Virus record (IMG/VR): IMGVR_UViG_3300024999_000080
Span: 1 to 64,000 of that record
Strand: one strand, 5' to 3'
DNA: 64,000 bases
From: a virus
Positions within the stretch are counted from its first letter, which is position 1, and every line of letters begins with the position of its first letter. Shown here piece by piece: positions 55,690 through 64,000 of the stretch. A program made the translations under genes and the position numbers. The notes beneath the pieces are model-generated. The model saw nothing but the letters and a program-made list of their open reading frames with translations. It had not been told where the DNA came from and did no database searches.

Positions 55690-56651
55690 ATGGAAAATTA
55701 TTTTGAAGTAACTAAACAATCGTCTTTACACCAAGAATACATGGATTATATAACTAGTGATAAAATAATGAGGGAAATTTCCCATGAGTTTTTATCCAAA
55801 AATAATATTAACACAAAGGAATATTCTTCAACTAAAGATACTTTTTACATTGTCCCAACTGAAAAAGATATTGAGGACTTTAGCAAAATGCTTAATAAAA
55901 AATTGGAAAATGGTTTAAGAGCATTTAAAGCAAAATCTAAAATAGGCAAAGCATGGATAGATACTCTTAAAGAGAAGGGAGTACAACCATTACATAAACC
56001 AATGTTGATGCTGTATTTTAATGTTTATGGCGAAACACAAAGCAGATTATTTGCCATTGAAGATAAAGTATATTGTTCTTTTAAGAGTGAGCATAATTTT
56101 GAAAATCCAGAAGGTTTTATAGAATTAAAAGCAAGTGAGTTTTATAAAATCGTAGAAGATAAAAATGAAAGAAGGACTCTAGCAAGGGACTTAATCTAAT
56201 CTTTTCTAGGAAAATAAAAGGAGGAATTATTGTGAAATTTAAAGTAAACGATAGAGTTAAAATTATAGAAATTGGTGCTACAGATCCTTCATATTTGTTA
56301 AATCAAGTTGGAATAATTATCAAAATAAGAAGAAATAGCGATTATGTTTATGAAATAGAATTTGTAGATGAAAATATGAAACATATAGAACAAGTTTTAT
56401 GGCAAGAGCATGAATTAGATTTTGATAAACCAATTATTAATCAATTCACGAAATTAATGAGTAGTGATTGGGAAGCATGGTATATGAATGGTAAATTAAT
56501 TGCGGAAGGGCATATCGTTAGGGTTGAAAGTATTTTAGATGCTTTAACTGATATATTTCCTAATACATATGATTCTATTGAAATATCAGATGAAATTGCA
56601 GAAGAAGGATTTAGTGAAAATTTAGAGGATATGAATATCACAGTAAATTGA
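55690..56651 (+). other. Two hypothetical ORFs (55690..56199, 56232..56651)
   Basis: ORF track plus RBS. Confidence 0.65.
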
Positions 56652-56696
56652 CCATTCAAAGTATATGTGCATAAATAATAATTAGGAGGTAATGTG

Positions 56697-57542
56697 ATGA
56701 TAATCCCAGATAGATTAAAACAAACTTATTATAATATGAAGCAAAGATGTTATAATCCTAATGCAAAGGATTATAAAAATTATGGATGGCGAGGAATAAT
56801 TGTTTGTAAAGAATGGTTAAATAATAGTAAATCATTTTATGATTGGGCGATAAACAATGGATATACTGATAAATTAACTATAGATAGGGAAAATAATGAT
56901 GGAAATTATGAACCAGATAATTGCAGATGGGTTACAAGAAAAGTTCAAAACAATAATAAAGCAAATAATAAAATTATTGAAATAGATGGTATATCAAAAA
57001 CGATAGCACAGTGGAGTGAAGAAACAGGCGTTCCTCCCAATACTCTTAGTTATAGGATTGGTATTGGACTGAAAACATATAAAGATTTATTTGCTATTCC
57101 TAGCCACGTTGAAATAGAAATAAATAATCAAACTAAAACGTTATTAGAGTGGTCAAAGACATCCGGATTAGATACAGCGACAATTTATAGACGATATACG
57201 GCAGGATGGGATAATAATGATTTATTATCAGAATTAATAGATATTACGAAACATATAGAAATCAATGGAGAAATACATACCGCAACAGAATGGGCAGAAA
57301 TATCTGGTTTAACTAGAGATATAATATTGCATAGAATATCATATGGTTGGAAAAATGAAGATTTATTAAAACCTAAAACAAAAGAGATAAAGAAAAAAAT
57401 ATTGAAATTGATGGCGAATCCCACACTAAAGATGAATGGTGTGAAATTTTAGATATCAGTCCAACGACATTTTATAGAAGAATGAAGAATGGTATTTCTA
57501 ATATTAATTTATTAAGAAAAAAATACAAATTTCAATTATAAA
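56697..57542 (+). CDS. HNH homing endonuclease with four C-terminal DNA-binding repeats; frameshift at the A7 run near 57393
   Basis: MKQRCYNP, LTIDRENNDGNYEPDNCRW; IEI.G...T..EW repeats continue in the -1 frame (IEIDGESHTKDEWCEILDISPTTFYRRMKNG). Confidence 0.8.
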
Positions 57543-57549
57543 ATAATAC

Positions 57550-57597
57550 TTGTAATCCTACAATAAGTAAGATATAATTATTATTGTAGGATTACAA
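57550..57597. promoter_or_regulatory. Perfect 17-bp inverted repeat enclosing a sigmaA promoter
   Basis: TTGTAATCCTACAATAA-N14-TTATTGTAGGATTACAA; -35 TTGTAA at 57550, -10 TATAAT at 57573. Confidence 0.8.
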
Positions 57598-57619
57598 AAT
57601 AAGAAAAGAGATGATACAT

Positions 57620-58939
57620 ATGAGTAGTTCATTAATTGGAGACAGCAAACTCAACTTTTTCCCAACGGAAATTTGGGAGACATATCGTTTATTAGGATTG
57701 CTTGGCAGAATTGATATTGATTATATGAAAAAGAATTACCTCAAAGAATATTATACAGAGCAAGGTTTATATCAAGAAATTGCGATGAGATCACTCGACT
57801 CATCTGTTCCTATAGACTATTGTTATTATGATAAATGGCTAAATGATAAAGATTATGATAAAATTAAGCAGTATTGTGAATATACATTGGGTTATGGAGA
57901 TAAATTTCCTATTGTTGTTGCTGATTTATTTGCAGGAAATGGAGACTTCTTAGACGTAATAAAATCTTTTATTCCTAAGAAAAATAATAGCAATGATTTC
58001 TTATTAATTGCTAATGAATTGGAAGAACATAGGTTTAATTGTATCAAGGAAAATAAAAATATTGATGATTGCTATAATTCTTCATTTGAGGAATTAAGAT
58101 TACCTAAAAATTCAATTTCTCTTATGCTTTATAATTGTCCGTATGGAAGCACAAATGGAGTAAGAAATGTTAAGCACTACTTATCCATGATCTTAGATAA
58201 ACAAATCCTCTACAACCCCTCTACATCAAAAGATTACAAATCAGGATACATAGCATTCGTAATCAGAAAAGATGATTTTCTTGATTCGCTAGACATCTTA
58301 TCTAAAAACTTTGACATCCTAAAAAACTCAATCTACAAAACAAATCCAGAAGAATATGCAAAATTCAAACAATATATTTTCATTGCTCATCTTAAACGCC
58401 ATCCTTACGACCTCTCCAATGCCCTACAAGCAATGGATTTCCAAAAACAATACAATGAAGTAAAAGAAATAATCCTCTCTGAACCAGAATTTAACCTCAG
58501 ACAATACAACACTTATCAATCAATGAATTATCCTTACATTGACTATGAAACTGCAAAAGAAAATAATAAATATACTGAAGCACCTGAAACTCATATCAGC
58601 AAAAATGATTCAATTTGGAAATGGGTAAAAGGAATTACTGAATTAAAAGATTTAGGTGAAGAAAAATTAGTTGTTCCTAAACCACTTAAATTAGGTGAAA
58701 TTAGTAATCTCTTAGCATCTGGAATGATAAATGGAGAAATATCTATTGATGGAATAGGTAGACATGTTGCTATTGGTGGAACAAAATCAATTGAGAAAAA
58801 AGAAATAAGTAAATATAAAGATGAAAATGGAGAAAATGTTACTGAAACAAAGATAATTAAAATGAGTTTGCCCTATCTTAATATTTTATGCTCATATAAT
58901 GGCAAATTAATCATAAAAGAACTTGGAGATGGTACATAA
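57620..58939 (+). CDS. SAM-dependent amino-DNA methyltransferase (DUF6094-like)
   Basis: FFPTE, DLFAGNG (motif I), ANELEEHR, LYNCPYG (NPPY variant). Confidence 0.8.
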   Translation: MSSSLIGDSKLNFFPTEIWETYRLLGLLGRIDIDYMKKNYLKEYYTEQGLYQEIAMRSLDSSVPIDYCYYDKWLNDKDYDKIKQYCEYTLGYGDKFPIVVADLFAGNGDFLDVIKSFIPKKNNSNDFLLIANELEEHRFNCIKENKNIDDCYNSSFEELRLPKNSISLMLYNCPYGSTNGVRNVKHYLSMILDKQILYNPSTSKDYKSGYIAFVIRKDDFLDSLDILSKNFDILKNSIYKTNPEEYAKFKQYIFIAHLKRHPYDLSNALQAMDFQKQYNEVKEIILSEPEFNLRQYNTYQSMNYPYIDYETAKENNKYTEAPETHISKNDSIWKWVKGITELKDLGEEKLVVPKPLKLGEISNLLASGMINGEISIDGIGRHVAIGGTKSIEKKEISKYKDENGENVTETKIIKMSLPYLNILCSYNGKLIIKELGDGT

Positions 58940-61501
58940 TTGATTCCATATCTTAGAATAACAGATAAAAATACTATTAATTGTAATGCTGATTTGGTAA
59001 TTCTAGATAGTTCAGATCCAATATTAATTTCTTTATGTGATTTGCATATCAAGAATAGAAAAATATGTGCAGATATAATCTCTCATTCTTATCATATTTC
59101 ATTAAGAGACAGAGAAGATATATTCTTTGAACAGTCACTTTATGGCAGAGAAAATTATTATCGTTACAAATCAGACAGAATGGATAATGATTTGACACAT
59201 ACAATAATCTATAATACAAAAATAAATGATTATTGTATTAATTGGAATAATGAAGATAAGAATGAGATTCTAACAAAGTATTTGAGGAATATTCATTATT
59301 TACCTGTGACTAGTGAAATTGTTGGCATGATTTTAGGTAAAGATGAAATAGAACAAGCGAAATATAAATATAGTAGTTATGGTTGTATAAGCGAGTGTAC
59401 AGTTTATACTAATAATCCTTTGTATTTAGATTTAAAAGTTTATAAAATTAATATTATTTGGTTTAAACAGAGTTTAAATGCTTTAACTTTAGTTGGATAT
59501 AAGGAAGATTTTGATTGGAATGATATTGACGATATTGAGTCATACATCTTCAAATTTTTAGATCAAATTAAAGAGAGATTGAAGCAAAATGTTAGAGTTT
59601 TGTTTGATCCTAATAATATTAATCAGAAAATGTTTGAAGGGGTAATTATTCCATCAAGTGGTCAGATACCTGTAATTCAAGGTGCATTAGAATTACTAAA
59701 AATAGATAGGGTTGTATATTTTGCTTCAGAAGCAGGTTTTGGCAAAACTTCCATATCATCTAAAACCAATCATTGTCATTTATATCCTAACAAACAAAAT
59801 TATGTAACATTAATTGTTGCACCTGCAATTACATTAACTCAATGGAAAGAAGAAATTGAATTAAGCATAAATGACAAAGTAGATATTCATATTATCAAGA
59901 AGACATCTGAATTTATTAATCTTTATAATAAAAATCAGTTAAATTTTGATAAGCCCACATATTTTTTAGTTGGCAAAGAAACTTTTAAATTAGATGCTAA
60001 AAGAGTCTCTGGTGTAAATATTAAGACAATGGAAATAAAGCATAAAAAAGAAGTGATTAGTGGTTACTACGGATACAAGGACATCAAACAAGTCACTGAA
60101 AAAATTACAATCGCATGTTGCCCTGACTGTGGTAAACCACTTCAGAATGAATTGAGAAAAAAGGAAGATGTATTCTTTACAGAGAAAGATTTTGAAGGCA
60201 ATCCTAAAAAATCAACTTATAAATGTTCAAATTGTAATGCTGTTTTATGGCAATCAGTTTACGACAAAACAAAGAAAACTAGTTTAATTAGATTTATTAA
60301 GACTAAGAATATTCATTTTGATAGCATAATCTGTGATGAAATCCACGAGCAAAATAATGGAGAATCAATTATTGGCAACGCAACTAGAACATTATTTAAT
60401 TATGCAAAAAAGATAATTTTGCTCTCCGGCACAAGTAATAATGGATATGCTTCGTCAATGCATAATCTATTATTAGGAATAATGCCAAACAAACTCAAGG
60501 CCAATGATGTTATGGATATGCAAGCATTTATAAAGACTTATGGAACATTAATGGCTGTTAGTAAAAGAAAAGATGGAGAATACCATCGTTCAGGAAGAAG
60601 CGAGATTAAAGATAGCGAGTTTAAAGAAATCGAGGGAATCAATCCAATTATTTTTAGTAAATATTTAGTTCAAAATTATATCTTTTCTACTTTGTCAGAT
60701 TTGGGTAAAGCTTTGCCTGATTTAAATGAAATATATGTGCCTATTAATCAAAGTGAAGAAATGGAAAGAAATGAACATCACTTATGGCATGAAATTAAGT
60801 CAGCAAATGCTTTTAATTCAAAAATGTATGAAAGTTCCATTATAAAACATTATATAAACAACCCTTTTAAATGGGATAGCATTGAGATCAACAAGGGTGA
60901 AGAATATAGTGCTGTACAACCAAGATGTATTAAGGATTGTATTCTACCCAAAGAACAGAAATTATTAGATATAGTGTTACAAGAAGTTTCTGAGGGCAGA
61001 AAATGTTGTATCTATATTGATTTTAATAATGGCGGTAAATACATGCAAGATGATACTATTTCTAAGAGAATTGAGTCATTGCTGAAGCAAAATAATGTCA
61101 AGTGTTTTATGCTAAAGTCTTCCGTCACCACTCACACTAGAAAGGATATATTAGATAAAAAGAAAAATGATTTTCAAGTATTGATTACTAATTCTATGCT
61201 TGTAAAAGTCGGTTTGAATTTGGTGTATATTCCTACATATATAAATTACATGCCTAGTTATATGGTAAATGATGTTAGTCAGAGCAATAGGCGTGGATAT
61301 AGGGCCAATAGTGTATTGGAAAATAGAATATATCATCTTTATTATGAAAATAGCTGTGAGAATGGTATTATTAAGAGGTATCAACGGAAGAATGCAGAAG
61401 CTAAAGCTATTGAGGGAAAGTTTAATGTGTGTTTAGAGAATGATGATACTATTCGGACTGCTAGTAAATTAGGTAAAAAGATCAGTGAAGGAGTTGTGTA
61501 A
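58940..61501 (+). CDS. SF2 (SNF2/DExH-like) helicase with a Zn-ribbon insert
   Basis: EAGFGKT Walker A, ICDEIHE, LSGT, VGLNL, QSNRRGYR. Confidence 0.85.
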   Translation: MIPYLRITDKNTINCNADLVILDSSDPILISLCDLHIKNRKICADIISHSYHISLRDREDIFFEQSLYGRENYYRYKSDRMDNDLTHTIIYNTKINDYCINWNNEDKNEILTKYLRNIHYLPVTSEIVGMILGKDEIEQAKYKYSSYGCISECTVYTNNPLYLDLKVYKINIIWFKQSLNALTLVGYKEDFDWNDIDDIESYIFKFLDQIKERLKQNVRVLFDPNNINQKMFEGVIIPSSGQIPVIQGALELLKIDRVVYFASEAGFGKTSISSKTNHCHLYPNKQNYVTLIVAPAITLTQWKEEIELSINDKVDIHIIKKTSEFINLYNKNQLNFDKPTYFLVGKETFKLDAKRVSGVNIKTMEIKHKKEVISGYYGYKDIKQVTEKITIACCPDCGKPLQNELRKKEDVFFTEKDFEGNPKKSTYKCSNCNAVLWQSVYDKTKKTSLIRFIKTKNIHFDSIICDEIHEQNNGESIIGNATRTLFNYAKKIILLSGTSNNGYASSMHNLLLGIMPNKLKANDVMDMQAFIKTYGTLMAVSKRKDGEYHRSGRSEIKDSEFKEIEGINPIIFSKYLVQNYIFSTLSDLGKALPDLNEIYVPINQSEEMERNEHHLWHEIKSANAFNSKMYESSIIKHYINNPFKWDSIEINKGEEYSAVQPRCIKDCILPKEQKLLDIVLQEVSEGRKCCIYIDFNNGGKYMQDDTISKRIESLLKQNNVKCFMLKSSVTTHTRKDILDKKKNDFQVLITNSMLVKVGLNLVYIPTYINYMPSYMVNDVSQSNRRGYRANSVLENRIYHLYYENSCENGIIKRYQRKNAEAKAIEGKFNVCLENDDTIRTASKLGKKISEGVV

Positions 61502-61517
61502 ATTGTAAAATAAATAT

Positions 61518-61547
61518 TTGACAGTGATATTATGCGTATGTTATAAT
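61518..61547 (+). promoter_or_regulatory. sigmaA promoter
   Basis: TTGACA-N18-TATAAT with TG extension. Confidence 0.7.
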
Positions 61548-61578
61548 GAATATATACTAAAGAAAGAGGAGGTAAGAA

Positions 61579-63300
61579 ATGAAAGGTTTATATCAAAAAT
61601 ATCTTATATTCAAATCGGACGGTTCACCAGTTGACCCAAATGCAGAATACATAGTTTTAAGAATAGATGCTGATCAATGTGCAAGAAGAGCAGTAAGATA
61701 TTATGCTAATCAGTTACTTCGCGAAGGAAGTTTAACTCAATTAGCTGATGACCTAAGAAAAAGATGTGATTATTACTGGATGAAAGAGCAAGGATTTACG
61801 GATGAAGAAATAGAACGATCTTTAAAAGAAATACATAAATAATCCAATAAGTTATTTCATTCGAAGGAGATTAGAAAGGAGGTTACTTATGAATAGATAT
61901 CCAAGTGAAACTGAAAACTGTGGTAACTGCAAATACAGTCATGGTGATTGTTATGATCGTTGGTATGAAATTAATGAAGTAGATAATAGTAATTATCTTG
62001 GCAAGGGTGAAATAATTAACTGTTGGGAACATGAATAGTTAAGGAGAGTGTTTAATTTAATGAAGAAAACGGTAGAATTAAAGTACCTAACACCTTTGGA
62101 ATTTGTGGCAATGTATGCCAGAGAGGAATTAAAAGAAGAGTGTTTTAAACTTGAAAAATATGCTCAAAAGACTATATTGGGAATTATTGAATTGATTAGC
62201 AAAAATGATACAGATAAATTAATTAATGAAGTTTTTGATAAATTTGCTCCAGAAGTTGGATATCTATATTGTGAAGATCATAATATATTTCACGAATATG
62301 AAAAATGTCCATTCTGTCAATTAGGGATACGAGTTGGTTAAATAATTATAAAATAAATATTAGGAGGAATACATAAATGGAAGAGTTAAAATTATACAAA
62401 TTTAATGATGGTGATTATGAGCATTGGATTTTTAGCAAATAACCTTGTCCAAGCAATTGATTACTTTGTTCATGATTATTGCGGAGAAGATGAGTCACAG
62501 TTTGAATATGGTTTTACCATCAATCTAATTGATAATGGAACATTAGATATCGAATTTGAAGATGAAGGCGAAATGATATCTTGGAGAAAAATTATGAATG
62601 AGTGTAAAGTAATTCCAATTTGTATTGGGACGAATGTAGATTAATTCTCATATTTTCAGGAAGTTACGATTCTAAGAATCAAGCTATAAGCCACTTTCAA
62701 GGTTCGTAACTTCCATTAAAAAGTCGATTTAAATGGAGGTGAAATTATTGAAAAAATATCCTTGGAATAAATCAGAATTAGAATCAATACATAATGAAAT
62801 ATTACAAACTACATCTGAACAAAAATATTATATCTTAGGGGTAGCTCAAGGATTTTATCATATTTATCAAGTGTTAAATAAACATAAGGATAAAACTTTT
62901 ACTGGTTTAGAATTGATGGAAATTATCAAATATGCAGGTAGTAATGAGCAAAAAATAAAAGAATATTTTGATAGATTGTTATTAGATTTAGAAAGTGAAT
63001 AAAAGAAAGAAGGAATTAACAATGACAAAAACTACAGGATTAACTATCCATCTTTATACAACTAAAGAAGAATTGGACAATGCTAAAAATGGAATCAGCA
63101 CAATTGTAGGATGGACTAAAGAACAGAAACAAACTGGTGCAATTTATCATATCAGTGCGTCTGCGGATATTTGTGATGTTCTAGAAAAGGAAGTAAGAAT
63201 TAATGTTTCTAAAGTAAAAGAACAGATGGATGCGGCTGGATTAATGGTAGGTGAAGCAATTGGTAAAGAATTAGAAAAGGTATTTAAGGCATTTGCTTAA
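61579..63300 (+). other. Small hypothetical ORFs; 62377..62644 is frameshifted at a T5 run near 62430
   Basis: MEELKLYKFNDGDYEHWI continues as LANNLVQAIDYF in another frame. Confidence 0.6.
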
Positions 63301-63324
63301 TAATTTGAAAGGAGAGAAAAACAA

Positions 63325-64000
63325 ATGGATTACGATGACTATGAAAATCAGTATGAACCAAGTGAGGTAGATCAATTAGTTGAAGAATTTAAAGATAAAT
63401 GCAGAGAACATTTATTACCTAATATTCGTGAAGAAATTGAACGTCTTAACAAAGAAAATATTGAACTCAAACACAAAAATGACGAATATAGAAAACGAGA
63501 ATCTGAAATCAATAACAAAGAAAGGGATTTAAAATATAAAGAAGATAATCTCAAAAGAGAAGTGGAAAAGGAATTCTACGCAAGTAATATAGGTGATACT
63601 TTAAAAGATTACATAGAGAAAGCTGAAGTATGGTTTGCTGATAGAAAAGGATTCTCTCAAGAGAAATGCTCTTTATGCAATGATAAACGTAAATTGGTTG
63701 CTAAGTTCCCTGGTGGTAAAACAACAGAAATGAATTGTGATTGTAGTAATTTAGTACATAGATTTATTCCAGAAACATCGGAGTTATCTCTAATTAAATT
63801 TAATAAAAAAGATAGTCGGTATCAATCAAGTAGAAGTTTTTATATATCCAAAAGTTATATTCCATCAAAAAATTCTAGTTACAGAGATGAATACAGTTAT
63901 AATGAATTTAGGCTTTGCCAGATAGTAGATATATTTAATGAAGGTATTAAGGAATTACATGAATCTAAAGAGTATAATACAAAGGTTGGATTTAAAACTA
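63325..64000 (+). CDS. Hypothetical coiled-coil protein, 3'-truncated by the window edge
   Basis: RBS AAAGGAG, ATG at 63325, reading frame open toward the window end. Confidence 0.65.
   Translation, partial: MDYDDYENQYEPSEVDQLVEEFKDKCREHLLPNIREEIERLNKENIELKHKNDEYRKRESEINNKERDLKYKEDNLKREVEKEFYASNIGDTLKDYIEKAEVWFADRKGFSQEKCSLCNDKRKLVAKFPGGKTTEMNCDCSNLVHRFIPETSELSLIKFNKKDSRYQSSRSFYISKSYIPSKNSSYRDEYSYNEFRLCQIVDIFNEGIKELHESKEYNTKVGFKT

Larger units (their letters stand above)
2185..62736. repeat. Dispersed intergenic palindromic motif (cc)aTwAAA-N6-TTTyAT(ggg), about 25-30 copies
   Basis: Examples at 2185, 4959, 10634, 11616, 11882, 12485, 16322, 16531, 16810, 21876, 22320, 27869, 43027, 43883, 46811, 50965, 51550, 52039, 53444, 55259, 62716. 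Confidence 0.65.
1..64000 (+). mobile_element. Part of a large SPbeta-like temperate phage/prophage genome (early/accessory and lysogeny region)
   Basis: Dense co-oriented small ORFs, YopX genes, HNH endonucleases, BRO-like antirepressor, phage-type LigA, Mom-like genes; no housekeeping operons. Confidence 0.9.

Noticed and set aside
2185-62736. CRISPR array, or host dif site, as explanation of the repeated palindromes
   Set aside because: Copies are degenerate and separated by whole genes; only partial resemblance (ACTTCC...GTAAA) to B. subtilis dif
6629-63554. All minus-strand ORFs in the track
   Set aside because: Short, overlap well-supported + strand genes, and lack RBS or motifs; shadow ORFs
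1-64000. tRNA/rRNA genes, introns, inteins, IS elements
   Set aside because: No cloverleaf, transposase or splice motifs noticed; a dedicated scan was not possible

Overview
A 64-kb AT-rich slice of a large temperate-type Firmicutes phage or prophage with an SPbeta-like layout. The host is probably clostridial, inferred from the AgrD and DUF5317 type. Essentially all real genes are on the + strand, driven by many host sigmaA-type promoters. No structural genes, tRNAs, rRNAs or CRISPR arrays were seen. Both flanks (about 1-29 kb and 41-64 kb) are arrays of small accessory ORFs mixed with anti-defence and nucleotide functions: an Apyc1-like MBL hydrolase, two Mom-like enzymes, an alarmone-hydrolase-like HD protein, UvsE, an NMN adenylyltransferase, a nicotinamidase + vWA/PP2C/kinase (TerY-P-like) operon, LigA, a macrodomain and a methyltransferase-helicase pair. 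The centre (29.3-39.5 kb) is the most striking part. It holds an Agr-type cyclic-peptide signalling cassette: DUF5317, a kinase-less AgrC-like receptor, an unannotated 38-aa AgrD and AgrB. This cassette is interleaved with two antitoxin-less MazF/PemK genes. It lies just upstream of DGQHR-protein / dead-tyrosine-recombinase / Xre genes that mirror the SPbeta yopQ-yopR(mrpR)-yopS lysogeny module, which is the position arbitrium occupies in SPbeta. Additional sequence-level signals are UACAU (MazF-site) clusters in 5' leaders, about 25-30 palindromic arm-6 bp-arm sites at gene boundaries that suggest a cassette or operator system, a tandem NrdR-box pair with no nrd gene, and twin 7-codon leader ORFs. 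All calls were made by eye from motifs; no searches were run.
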